From: a virus
Taxonomy: Duplodnaviria > Heunggongvirae > Uroviricota > Caudoviricetes
Virus record (IMG/VR): IMGVR_UViG_3300047552_001889
Span: 1 to 64,000 of that record
Direction: 5' to 3' (one strand)
DNA length: 64,000 nucleotides
Of the stretch, positions 18,982 through 27,188 are shown piece after piece. The notes below the pieces were generated by a model. It was not told the origin of the DNA and did not search any database. It saw nothing but the letters and a program-made list of their open reading frames with translations. Within the stretch, counting starts at the first letter, position 1. Each line of letters starts with the position of its first letter. A program made the translations under genes and the position numbers.

Positions 18982-20043
18982 ATGAAAACAATATTATTTT
19001 TATTAGTATTTTTATGTTCATTATCTTCTGTAGGTCAATACACACTACATACTAATGGAGAATTGGATTGGAATGACACATTACTAGCAAAAGATTCATC
19101 TAATGCTTTAATGTTAAAAACTACTGCTTGTGGGAGTTCTTACATTTCAAGTGGTTACCCCTTATGGACTAATTATTGGGCAGGATATATGGTCAATATA
19201 ATAAATAATTCAACATGCCCATTAGTTATTAATAGTTTTGAGTCAAGATTTCAAGGTACTTCTGGATATAGAATTTATACTAAGGCAGGAACATTTGTAG
19301 GTTTTGAAACAAACCCTTCCGCATGGACTCTTGTTGGAAATATAACATCTGGGTTAACAGGGATTTCGACCATTTCTCCAACACCTATTCCAATAACTGT
19401 GAATATAATTATTCCATCTGGAGGAATTCAGGCTTTTTATCTAACAAGGCCTAATAACTTAGTTGAAAATAGACATCTATATGTTCCTGGTACTGGAACA
19501 GCTGGAACAACAATTTACGCTTCAGATGCTAATATATCAATAACAGAGGGTAGTTATATTGACCCATATTTTGCCGCTTTAAACACTGGAGTTAGAAGGC
19601 CAAGTCTTGATGTTTGTTATAGTTTAGCTTGTTCACTTCCTGTTGAGATTTTTGAATTTGATGTATATTCATATGAAAAAAATAATAATATACACTGGAT
19701 GACTGCTTCAGAGATAAATAATGAATACTTTAGTGTTGAGAGAAGTGAAGATGGAATTAATTGGATAGAAATAACAAAAGTCAATGGGGCTGGAAATAGT
19801 AATACAATAGTTTCATATGAATATATAGATAGATATTTTTCAAATTTATTAAATTACTATAGACTTAAGCAAACAGATTTTAATGGAGCATTCAAATACT
19901 CTGATATTGTTTCAATTGATAATTCTGTTAAAAATAAGGTTGTCTTAAATATTGTAAATTCTATCGGCCAGGAAGTTGATGAGAATTATTGTGGGATAAA
20001 GTTTGTATGCTACAGCGATGGAACAGTTGAAATGAAACTCTAA
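18982..20043 (+). CDS. secreted protein with beta-rich C-terminal domain (possible host cell-surface/adhesion function)
   Basis: N-terminal signal peptide. The C-terminal ~90 aa (WMTASEINNEYFSVERSEDGINWIEI...YYRLKQTDFNGAFKYSDIV) resembles Bacteroidota-type C-terminal sorting/Ig-like domains. Confidence 0.4.
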   Translation: MKTILFLLVFLCSLSSVGQYTLHTNGELDWNDTLLAKDSSNALMLKTTACGSSYISSGYPLWTNYWAGYMVNIINNSTCPLVINSFESRFQGTSGYRIYTKAGTFVGFETNPSAWTLVGNITSGLTGISTISPTPIPITVNIIIPSGGIQAFYLTRPNNLVENRHLYVPGTGTAGTTIYASDANISITEGSYIDPYFAALNTGVRRPSLDVCYSLACSLPVEIFEFDVYSYEKNNNIHWMTASEINNEYFSVERSEDGINWIEITKVNGAGNSNTIVSYEYIDRYFSNLLNYYRLKQTDFNGAFKYSDIVSIDNSVKNKVVLNIVNSIGQEVDENYCGIKFVCYSDGTVEMKL

Positions 20044-20053
20044 TTTTAGAAAT

Positions 20054-20245
20054 ATGAAATATGTTTTATACGAAGGACAGAATGGTGATATGTTATTCAC
20101 CAAAGAGGAGAACATAAGACTTCATCCTAATTTATTGGATAACTTTACGAATAAGCAGCCAACATTCTCTGTAGAAGCAAATAGTGATGATGAGGCTGTA
20201 AAGGAGCTAAACAATCACATGGCAAGCAGATCTCAAAATAAGTAA
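20054..20245 (+). CDS. small hypothetical protein
   Basis: 63-aa ORF. Confidence 0.25.
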   Translation: MKYVLYEGQNGDMLFTKEENIRLHPNLLDNFTNKQPTFSVEANSDDEAVKELNNHMASRSQNK

Positions 20246-20641
20246 CTATTTCTTCTTGGTAGATTTTTTAGAGACCGTCTTAGTGGCGGTCTTTTTTGTT
20301 TCCTTTTCCTGTTTCTTAGGCTCTTCAGCCTTTGGTTTGGAGTCCTTCTTTCTTTTCTTATTCAATTCATCAAGAGTCATAAGACCCTTTATAACACGAT
20401 ATTCATCTGGGTCTTCAGGCCTCTGAAGCCATCCAAGAACAAATGGTGCTAATATAACATTTAGCAATAAGATGCTTCTGTAGCCCTCTTTGGCAGCAGT
20501 CCATGAGCTGACAGACCTCTCGTAGTCTGAAATACCATTTCTAAGGCTCTCTTGATAATATAAGACAGTTGCTCTTCTTGATGGGTCCTTCACTTCACAC
20601 TTGATGCCCTCAACCTCAACATATTCTTTTTTATCAGCCAT
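20246..20641 (-). CDS. hypothetical protein with Lys-rich histone-H1-like C-terminal tail
   Basis: The C-terminus KKRKKDSKPKAEEPKKQEKETKKTATKTVSKKSTKKK suggests nucleic-acid binding. Confidence 0.35.
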   Translation of the reverse strand: MADKKEYVEVEGIKCEVKDPSRRATVLYYQESLRNGISDYERSVSSWTAAKEGYRSILLLNVILAPFVLGWLQRPEDPDEYRVIKGLMTLDELNKKRKKDSKPKAEEPKKQEKETKKTATKTVSKKSTKKK

Positions 20642-21339
20642 TATCCTCTGGATATTATTATTTCTACAATAGGAGTACCCATTGGGTGTGATATGCAGTC
20701 ATAAAGGATTTCCTCAACGACAAGACCAATCATTCTACCATTCACATCGTTAACAATAAGTCTTGTTCCCTTACCAAGGCCAGCAAGAACTTCCTTATTT
20801 GGAAGAACAAGCTCTGAGTCTGTATAGTTTGACTTAATGGAGATTTCAACATCATCATACGAGGATTTATTAGCCATTTTCTCAGTGGTCTTAAGTTGTT
20901 CCATAAGCTTCTCCAGTCTGGTATCAAGAAGTTTCTGAGCATTTTCTATTTTCTTTTCAGTATCAGATAGTTTGTGTTTAATTCCAGAAAGTTCTTCTTG
21001 AGTCTTTTTTCTTGCTTCTTCCTCAAGTTCCTTCTCTTCCTTTGTCTTTGTAGCTTCTTGTTCCTGGTTTCTCTTAATGTGCATTTCTATGGTGAAATCC
21101 TTAAGAGAACGATTTCCCTCGCTGTAGTCCTTTATAAGGGAATGAACGTATTCATCCGTGGCCTTAGTTGGGTCATAGTGAGCGTAGGATTCGTGGTTAT
21201 ACTTAATCAGGATATTCTGTATCGCATCAAATTCAAGCCTGCTATATTTTTCAACAAGCTGAGGTACATACTTAATAAAATCTGGGTTATAAGCAGAGTA
21301 TAGGTCTGTAAGCAATTCTTTAAAATCTTCCTTTCTCAT
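20641..21339 (-). CDS. hypothetical coiled-coil protein
   Basis: Charged heptad-like repeats; stop/start ATGA overlap with the downstream gene. Confidence 0.35.
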   Translation of the reverse strand: MRKEDFKELLTDLYSAYNPDFIKYVPQLVEKYSRLEFDAIQNILIKYNHESYAHYDPTKATDEYVHSLIKDYSEGNRSLKDFTIEMHIKRNQEQEATKTKEEKELEEEARKKTQEELSGIKHKLSDTEKKIENAQKLLDTRLEKLMEQLKTTEKMANKSSYDDVEISIKSNYTDSELVLPNKEVLAGLGKGTRLIVNDVNGRMIGLVVEEILYDCISHPMGTPIVEIIISRG

Positions 21340-21373
21340 TATTCAATTTTTATTCAAAAAGTAATGGATTTGT

Positions 21374-21402
21374 GTAACAAAATCAAGGTAGATTATTATA
21401 TA
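21374..21402 (+). promoter_or_regulatory. possible promoter GTAACA-N17-TATATA
   Basis: Matches the family's -35 box and spacing, but the spacer is not T-rich. Confidence 0.3.
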
Positions 21403-21436
21403 TTTTTCTTTACATTAAATTATAATTTTCATATTT

Positions 21437-22324
21437 TTGTGTATGAAAAAGTTTCACACAATAGCAGGAATGCCAAGAGCGGGGTCCACATTGCTCTGCA
21501 ACATATTAAACATGAACGAGGATTTTCATGTAACTCCAACTTCTGGTGTAATAGACATAGTTAAAAGCATAAGAGCTAATTTCTCTCACAATGTTACCTG
21601 GAAAGCTCAAAATAGGCTTAAACTTATGAACGATTTTCAAAGGGGTCTAAATGGTTTTGTTAATGGTTTTTTTGAAGATAAAAATGTTGTATTTGATAAA
21701 AATAGGTCTTGGCCAATTAATTTATCACTTATTGACGAAGTTTTACAAAATGAAAATACAAAAATTATTTGGTGCTATAGAGACCCAGTTGAAGTTATTA
21801 GTAGTATTGAGTCAAGGTATCAAAAAACAATATTATTAGAAAATACAGATGAGCAAGCTGTTCCAGCCGCATTCTCAACTCTTGATAGAAGAATTGGTAC
21901 ATACATTAATGGAGGTCTTGTTGATTCTGTTGTGGAGATGCTAATTGATGCTATTGAAATGGGCTATCACAAGAGGATTATGATAGTTAGATACCATGAC
22001 CTAACCAATAACACACAAGCTGTTCTTGATGATATACATGATTTCATCGGAGAACCAAGAAAGGTGTATGACTTGAGTCAACTTAAGCAAAATACCTTTG
22101 AGAATGATGGTGTGTACAACTATAAGTTCATGCATAAAATCAAAGAAGGTGGAGTTAACTACAAGAAAGCTGACTTCCAACTTCCACAGAAGTATGTTGA
22201 CATAATAAACAACAAGTTTGCTGGATTAAATAAATTTGTGTTTGAAGGGAATCCTGATACTTTAATGGGAGTTCCGATAGAATATGTACAAGAAGGTGCA
22301 CTTCATATAAAAAGGGACAATTAA
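21437..22324 (+). CDS. sulfotransferase family protein
   Basis: GMPRAGSTLLCNIL matches the PAPS-binding 5'-PSB loop (PKxGTT-like); an RDP motif is also present and the size fits. Confidence 0.5.
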   Translation: MCMKKFHTIAGMPRAGSTLLCNILNMNEDFHVTPTSGVIDIVKSIRANFSHNVTWKAQNRLKLMNDFQRGLNGFVNGFFEDKNVVFDKNRSWPINLSLIDEVLQNENTKIIWCYRDPVEVISSIESRYQKTILLENTDEQAVPAAFSTLDRRIGTYINGGLVDSVVEMLIDAIEMGYHKRIMIVRYHDLTNNTQAVLDDIHDFIGEPRKVYDLSQLKQNTFENDGVYNYKFMHKIKEGGVNYKKADFQLPQKYVDIINNKFAGLNKFVFEGNPDTLMGVPIEYVQEGALHIKRDN

Positions 22325-22339
22325 TTGTCCCTTTTTTTG
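22315..22339. terminator. rho-independent terminator (perfect palindrome)
   Basis: GGGACAATT-AATTGTCCC followed by TTTTTTTG; overlaps the stop of the sulfotransferase gene. Confidence 0.7.
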
Positions 22340-22478
22340 TGTTCATTGAATTCTTTAAGCATTTTCTCATTATCCGCCCGTTCAAATTCTTCTGGATAAG
22401 GTTCTGCAGTAATGATTGAATAAACTACAAAGGCTAATCCTATTCCCCAGACTACGAGTGCTACAATCCAAAGTGTAC

Positions 22479-22859
22479 TCATGGCATTTTTATTTTGATA
22501 AAGGCGAAAGGGGTTGTGAAATGGTCACCATATCTTTCTGTATCATCAATACAGAAGTCAATCTTGTGTTTTTCACAATAGTCGCCTTTTGTTCGGTCCC
22601 AAGCTTCATTATCCATCCAAGGATTACCATTGCTGTCATTACTTATAGCTGTTCCAGACTGTTCATGGTAATCTGCAATAGAAAAGAAGTGTGTGTAACT
22701 AATTCCAAGCTCCTTAATCTCATCAAGAGCACCGTCTGATACACGCATTCCTGTTAAGATGTGAACTTCATGCCCAGCCTCAACAAAGAGTCTTGACATT
22801 TCCTTAAAAAACTCTGGGTTTGTATCACAAACTCCATGAATATCTAATCCTATCTTCAT
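22479..22859 (-). CDS. hypothetical protein (possible HAD-like fold)
   Basis: The N-terminal MKIGLDIHGV resembles a DxDG-type motif only weakly. Confidence 0.3.
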   Translation of the reverse strand: MKIGLDIHGVCDTNPEFFKEMSRLFVEAGHEVHILTGMRVSDGALDEIKELGISYTHFFSIADYHEQSGTAISNDSNGNPWMDNEAWDRTKGDYCEKHKIDFCIDDTERYGDHFTTPFAFIKIKMP

Positions 22860-22861
22860 AA

Positions 22862-23767
22862 TTATCTGTATTCGATAAGTCTCATTTTTCGACTTCGCCC
22901 TTTCAATCTTCTGATTGCTTGTTCCTTGATTTGTCTCACTCTCTCTCTTGTCAATTCAAATCTAAGTCCTATTTCTTCAAGACTCATTTGTGGATTTCCA
23001 AACAGACCAAAATAATAAATTAGAACATCCTGCTCTCTCTGCTTAAGAGTGCTGATTACTCGTTTCATTTCTACTTGTAGGTCCTTGCCATCCATTAAGT
23101 GATTTGCTTCAAATTCAGAATGACCTGGAAGCACATCAATGAGCGAGCCAGCTTCGTTATCAGTGGTCATCGGTGCATCAAGTGATGCTACCTTTGATGA
23201 GCTCATTAATAATTCAGCTAACTTATCTTCTTTGAACTTAGTGGCATCTCCTCTTGAGCCTTTATCATATTCCTTAGAAGTAAGGTACTCAGAAATTTCA
23301 TCAATGCTTGGTTGTCTCTCCAGTACTTGCTCAAGGTCTGATACAGCTTGCTTGACTTTATTGACAGTGCCAATTTTATTTAGAGGCAATCTCACCATTC
23401 TTCCATGCTCAGCTAAATACTGCATAATAGCTTGACGAATCCACCAAACAGCATAGGAAATGAACTTAAAACCCTTAGTTTCATCAAACTTCTCTGCAGC
23501 CTTGATTAGACCAATGTTTCCCTCATTAACAAGGTCTGGAAGTGGTGCATGTCCGTTGTATTGTTTGGCAACACTAATCACGAATCTTAAGTTAGCCTTG
23601 CACAGCTTATTTCTGGCTTGAATATCACCTTGCTTGATTCTCTTTGTAAGTTCAATTTCCTCCTCTGCTGTGATAATATCACCGATGCTACCAACCTCGG
23701 TTAGATACTTGTTAAAGGAAATGTCTTCACGATTCGTAATTTGTTTGGTAATTTTTAATTGCCTCAT
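22862..23767 (-). CDS. sigma-70 family RNA polymerase sigma factor (RpoD/RpoS-like, regions 2-4)
   Basis: Region 2 DLVNEGNIGLIKAAEKFDETKGFKFISYAVWWIRQAI, and region 4.2 helix-turn-helix LEEIGLRFELTRERVRQIKEQAIRRLK. Confidence 0.8.
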   Translation of the reverse strand: MRQLKITKQITNREDISFNKYLTEVGSIGDIITAEEEIELTKRIKQGDIQARNKLCKANLRFVISVAKQYNGHAPLPDLVNEGNIGLIKAAEKFDETKGFKFISYAVWWIRQAIMQYLAEHGRMVRLPLNKIGTVNKVKQAVSDLEQVLERQPSIDEISEYLTSKEYDKGSRGDATKFKEDKLAELLMSSSKVASLDAPMTTDNEAGSLIDVLPGHSEFEANHLMDGKDLQVEMKRVISTLKQREQDVLIYYFGLFGNPQMSLEEIGLRFELTRERVRQIKEQAIRRLKGRSRKMRLIEYR

Positions 23768-23807
23768 GGATTAATTTATTAGTTGTTGTTTTTATTTAGT
23801 CACACGG

Positions 23808-23836
23808 TTTATACGCAGAAATTCAAAAAATGTTTA
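23808..23836 (-). promoter_or_regulatory. phage promoter TAAACA-N17-TATAAA upstream of sigma factor gene
   Basis: Minus strand reads taaaca-ttttttgaatttctgcg-tataaa. Confidence 0.45.
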
Positions 23837-23880
23837 ATAAAAATGAAAAAAGTTTTTAACATCTTGAAACTTTATGAAAA

Positions 23881-23918
23881 TAAAAAACCTCCAGTTACTG
23901 TGCTTCTCTGGAGGTTTT
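23881..23918 (-). terminator. terminator of tmRNA gene
   Basis: On the minus strand, CCTCCAG-n13-CTGGAGG is followed by TTTTTTA. The element is palindromic, with an A-run flanking it on the plus strand. Confidence 0.6.
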
Positions 23919-24231
23919 GTTAGACTGTTCTGCCGATTAGGCAGCAGCGAACTCAATGATGTCCGCAGAAGTCTCTTTCATGCTTGCGTTTGCCATAGCA
24001 GCAGCCGCAAGGCTTTTGATTGTATTTTTGTCATTTCTGACCTGTAAACGTATCCCATGGCCCTGTCTAATCATTTCATCCCCAAGTTTTAACTCTACCC
24101 CGTAAGTAGAGAGCACGATGTACGGCCTCGTGAAGCCAGTGCATTCACCCTTAGGGTGAAGCTTAGTGGAGATGGAGGGTAGCGAGCCCTCGTCCAGCTG
24201 CAAAGATTGCACATTTAAGTGCTGCTTACAT
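23881..24231 (-). ncRNA. ssrA: circularly permuted two-piece tmRNA (ssrA) precursor: acceptor piece, intervening segment, then coding piece with tag ORF
   Basis: The minus strand reads GGAC-GAGGG-CUCGCUA-CCCUC-CAUCUCC-A (T-arm plus 3' acceptor strand, 24191-24167). Compare E. coli GGAC-GCGGG-UUCAACU-CCCGC-CAGCUCC-A. About 83 nt downstream lies GGGGAUG-AAAU-GAUUAGACAGGG (24083-), which compares with GGGGCUG-AUUCUG-GAUUCGACGGG. This gives a 7-bp acceptor stem with a G3-U70 wobble. A tag frame follows: GCA AAC GCA AGC AUG AAA GAG ACU UCU GCG GAC AUC AUU GAG UUC GCU GCU GCC UAA, encoding ANASMKETSADIIEFAAA, with the stop at 23937-23939. The gene has its own consensus promoter and a terminator. 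Confidence 0.6.
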
Positions 24232-24237
24232 ATTTTA

Positions 24238-24266
24238 AATATACGAAAAAAAACAATATATGTTAC
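24238..24266 (-). promoter_or_regulatory. phage promoter GTAACA-N17-TATATT driving tmRNA
   Basis: Minus strand reads gtaaca-tatattgtttttttttcg-tatatt. The predicted transcription start is near 24231. Confidence 0.55.
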
Positions 24267-24280
24267 AAAATTTTTAAAAA

Positions 24281-24802
24281 TTATTTCCAAAATTTTGAAA
24301 TAGCTTTACAAAGCTCAACTGTTTCTTCGTGTGATAGATTATTTTTCATCATATTAATATTTCTACTTATAAATTGGACATTACCCTCAATGTACCCTTT
24401 ACTACTGTCAATTCTATCTAAAGATGCTGTATACATAGAATTGCTTTTAGGTTTATAATCCCAATCTTTTAATTTAATTCCAGTATATGGACAAATTCCA
24501 TTTTGCTTATCCCACACTTCTTTTAAATATAAAAGTGTTAGATTATTTTCTTGATTTCTATAAGTAGATTGTCTTAAATGATATTTGAATGGAGATAACT
24601 CATCTTTTAAAGAACCAGAACGATTCAAATATTTAGTATTGCCTATATTTTCTTCTGGTATATTTTTAATATTACCCCTTCCAGAGCAGCTTAAAGAGCA
24701 ATAAGTCTTTCTTCCTTTTTTTAAATTTCTTCTATGCTCCTTCTCTTCTCTTTCGAATTTTTTATCACAAATTTCACAATTTAATATAACCTTTTTACTC
24801 AT
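24281..24802 (-). CDS. HNH endonuclease (homing-endonuclease-like)
   Basis: N-terminal CxxC...CxxC zinc ribbon; the C-terminal SLDRIDSSKGYIEGNVQFISRNINMMKNN matches the HNH motif (D/H-N...N). Confidence 0.6.
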   Translation of the reverse strand: MSKKVILNCEICDKKFEREEKEHRRNLKKGRKTYCSLSCSGRGNIKNIPEENIGNTKYLNRSGSLKDELSPFKYHLRQSTYRNQENNLTLLYLKEVWDKQNGICPYTGIKLKDWDYKPKSNSMYTASLDRIDSSKGYIEGNVQFISRNINMMKNNLSHEETVELCKAISKFWK

Positions 24803-24897
24803 AATATAATATTTACCTTAGACTCCACCATTTTTGTAGTAGACTCCACTATAAATATTATAAAAAAAGAAGAAAAGTTACAATTAAATTGAAAATT

Positions 24898-25242
24898 TTA
24901 GTAATTTTTTTCTTTTTTGCCTGATTCTGAGTTAAATAGCTCCTCCAATTCCTTCAGCTTAGCCTCCATTAATGCATCATTTTTCTTTATAAAAATCAAA
25001 TATGCAATAAGATACCATACATAAGCCAGAATATGGATACTGTCTAGGATGACATTCTCAATTCCAAAGGATTTAAGAACAAAGAAGCTGGCAGTAATGA
25101 ATATGCAAGACAAAATGGTAATACCAAACATCTTAGATTGCCAATTTTCTTTAGACCTCTCCACAAATAGCGCAATAAGTGGATACTTAGTCAATTTAAC
25201 ACCATCCTCGTAGTAATATAGTCTAAATCTTTTACTTCGCAT
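24898..25242 (-). CDS. hypothetical membrane protein
   Basis: Two or three hydrophobic helices. Confidence 0.3.
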   Translation of the reverse strand: MRSKRFRLYYYEDGVKLTKYPLIALFVERSKENWQSKMFGITILSCIFITASFFVLKSFGIENVILDSIHILAYVWYLIAYLIFIKKNDALMEAKLKELEELFNSESGKKEKNY

Positions 25243-25591
25243 AATCTTTACCTATTTTCTGAAGAAATTCGTTTCGAATTAAATCGTATTCTTGCTTATA
25301 AGAGTTGTATCTGGTGTATTCATTCAAGTGTGTCTTGCTATGGTGAATGAAAGATGTTCTATCCAGCCCTACAACACTTGAAATATCCTCTTGAGTATAC
25401 TCACTGTTAATAAATGTCTCACCAAGGATGACCATAAGAGTTCGTCTGAAATAAACCAAGTGTTTCTTTCTGGACTTGTTTTTGAGAGCATCAAGACCAT
25501 CAATATCAATGTCAAATTTCTCCTTGACATGAATTCTAATCATGTCAAAGAGGATGTTTATTTCACTGATATGGTCTTTTAAGAAACTCAT
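25232..25591 (-). CDS. hypothetical protein
   Basis: ORF in minus-strand block. Confidence 0.3.
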   Translation of the reverse strand: MSFLKDHISEINILFDMIRIHVKEKFDIDIDGLDALKNKSRKKHLVYFRRTLMVILGETFINSEYTQEDISSVVGLDRTSFIHHSKTHLNEYTRYNSYKQEYDLIRNEFLQKIGKDYAK

Positions 25592-25594
25592 ATA

Positions 25595-25870
25595 TTAGCT
25601 AAGTAGTTCATGGAAAGGGTTTGCTTTAGCAATCACATATCTGATTTCTACAGCACCTTCCTTAACTTCGGCTTCAAAGCCACCGATTTCGAAATATCCA
25701 TCCTCAGACTCAAAAGCTTTCTCCATGCAGTGCTTTGCAATCTTGTTAATATCTTCAACATTAGGGATTTGTTCTCCTTCTGCAGAAGCTAGATGTTTTA
25801 ATACATCATGGATTAGCTTTGTGTCAAGCAATCGGATATTGATTTCGATTTGTTTCTCTTTTTTAGTCAT
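25595..25870 (-). CDS. hypothetical protein
   Basis: ORF only. Confidence 0.3.
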   Translation of the reverse strand: MTKKEKQIEINIRLLDTKLIHDVLKHLASAEGEQIPNVEDINKIAKHCMEKAFESEDGYFEIGGFEAEVKEGAVEIRYVIAKANPFHELLS

Positions 25871-26166
25871 ACTCTTTCTACTTGGAAATTTTCAAATAAC
25901 TTGTTAATGAAAAGACTTTGCTTAAGCTCTTTTGCGTTAAATCGCCCCCTGACCTTAACTGTCGATGTCTTAATTATATTTTCGATTAAGTCAACTGAGT
26001 TATTCTCTGGATTTTTTGGCTTTAAGCTAAACTTCTTATTGAACTCCTGCAAAAAGCTTTCTTTGCTAAAATCATCAGAATGAAAATCTCCACCAGCTCT
26101 AACCGTGTTAGATTCAAGCATTTGCTGGATTATCATCTTATTTTTTACAGTGTTACTTGCCATCAA
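25867..26166 (-). CDS. hypothetical protein
   Basis: ORF; a promoter motif lies upstream. Confidence 0.3.
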   Translation of the reverse strand: MMASNTVKNKMIIQQMLESNTVRAGGDFHSDDFSKESFLQEFNKKFSLKPKNPENNSVDLIENIIKTSTVKVRGRFNAKELKQSLFINKLFENFQVERV

Positions 26167-26184
26167 TTTACAATTTTAGCGATT

Positions 26185-26213
26185 ATTATACGTTTGTAAG
26201 TGAAAAATGTTTC
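26185..26213 (-). promoter_or_regulatory. phage promoter GAAACA-N17-TATAAT
   Basis: Minus strand reads gaaaca-tttttcacttacaaacg-tataat, 19 nt before the ATG at 26166. Confidence 0.5.
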
Positions 26214-26622
26214 AATTTTCACCCTGCTCGTTGTTTTTTTCTGCGAATTCCTTACCCTTATCAGTTAATTCAACCTTTGAATCCTTATATAGAAGAAGTG
26301 GTGAGGCGGTTACCATACCTTTTCTTCTTAGATTTTCAAGGATAACGTTTACACAGAAATATCCTATTAGTTGATTGATTAGTTCATCAGTAATTGAAAT
26401 CTCATCAATTTCAAGTTCTCTGCAGTATAAGATAATAGCATATCTACTTATTTCATATTCTTCATCATCACTTCTAAGCGTTGATTCTTTACTGCATATG
26501 GAGTGGAGTTGGTCTAACTCCCCTTGACTTAATAAGATTAGCCACTCATCCATAGTTTCTATACCCTTAGGTATTATGGAATCACCAAGCTCTGTTATTT
26601 TGTAGACAATTGAATCAGACAT
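26212..26622 (-). CDS. hypothetical protein
   Basis: ORF only. Confidence 0.3.
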   Translation of the reverse strand: MSDSIVYKITELGDSIIPKGIETMDEWLILLSQGELDQLHSICSKESTLRSDDEEYEISRYAIILYCRELEIDEISITDELINQLIGYFCVNVILENLRRKGMVTASPLLLYKDSKVELTDKGKEFAEKNNEQGEN

Positions 26623-27007
26623 TTGGAAGAGTTTTTGGATATACTAATTCATCCAGAGACTTGTGAGGGTGGAAAACTTTAAGGCCCTTATACTCGAAGC
26701 TTTCTAATAGTTCATGCTCAACAACCATCTTGACACAAACCCAAGCAGTCATTACGATACTGGTTTCACTGGCTGTGTTAATCGGTGTTGTATGCCATCT
26801 TCCCCATCCTGTGTCAAATTTTCCAGTGTTAATATCCTTTCTCTGGAAAGAGGTTCTTATAAGGAAAAGGTCTTCAACACCTTCTACACCCTTTGCTTCA
26901 CGAACTTCAAAGTCCCAGCCCATGTCTATACATGAGTGTTGTGCGAAGTTTATATTGGATAGTATGCCGATAACATCCTCCAATTTTAATTTTCTATCAA
27001 TTACCAT
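26615..27007 (-). CDS. hypothetical protein
   Basis: ORF only. Confidence 0.3.
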   Translation of the reverse strand: MVIDRKLKLEDVIGILSNINFAQHSCIDMGWDFEVREAKGVEGVEDLFLIRTSFQRKDINTGKFDTGWGRWHTTPINTASETSIVMTAWVCVKMVVEHELLESFEYKGLKVFHPHKSLDELVYPKTLPNV

Positions 27008-27183
27008 TTTTTCTTAGATATACAAAATTGATACATTTCGAGTGATTCCTCTATATTCAAACCCTTTGAAATGAAAAAACCAATAGCGATTGAGCGGAAA
27101 TCCTCATCAATTAAAATTTCAGAATCTGAATATTTATCATAAAATTCTGACTCCCACATTAAAAAGAATTTATTTTTATCCAT
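27001..27183 (-). CDS. small hypothetical protein
   Basis: 60-aa ORF whose ATG is 5 nt downstream of a consensus -10 box, so the mRNA is predicted to be leaderless. Confidence 0.3.
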   Translation of the reverse strand: MDKNKFFLMWESEFYDKYSDSEILIDEDFRSIAIGFFISKGLNIEESLEMYQFCISKKKW

Positions 27184-27188
27184 ACTAG

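Noticed and set aside
22380-22482. 34-aa minus-strand ORF (MSTLWIVALVVWGIRI...) ATGA-coupled to the stop of 22479-22859
   Set aside because: The coupling and hydrophobic start are suggestive, but it is too short and featureless to call, and it overlaps the terminator palindrome at 22315-22339.
23881-23940. Possibility of a standard one-piece tmRNA
   Set aside because: After the tag stop codon there are only ~20 nt before a terminator hairpin. No T-arm or CCA-proximal acceptor strand exists downstream. Those elements are found upstream instead, so only the permuted arrangement fits.
23937-24290. 117-aa minus-strand ORF (MEIIFKNF...EFAAA) from the six-frame track
   Set aside because: It exactly overlies the permuted tmRNA. 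Its C-terminus is the tmRNA tag frame and its N-terminal part covers the tRNA-like acceptor piece and the promoter. There is no sign of a protein gene (no RBS, and the promoter is inside the ORF).
24803-24897. Consensus promoter for the HNH gene
   Set aside because: The minus strand has gtaact-N15-ataata, but the spacing (15-16) and the box deviate from the N17/…CG pattern. It is not reported as a family member.
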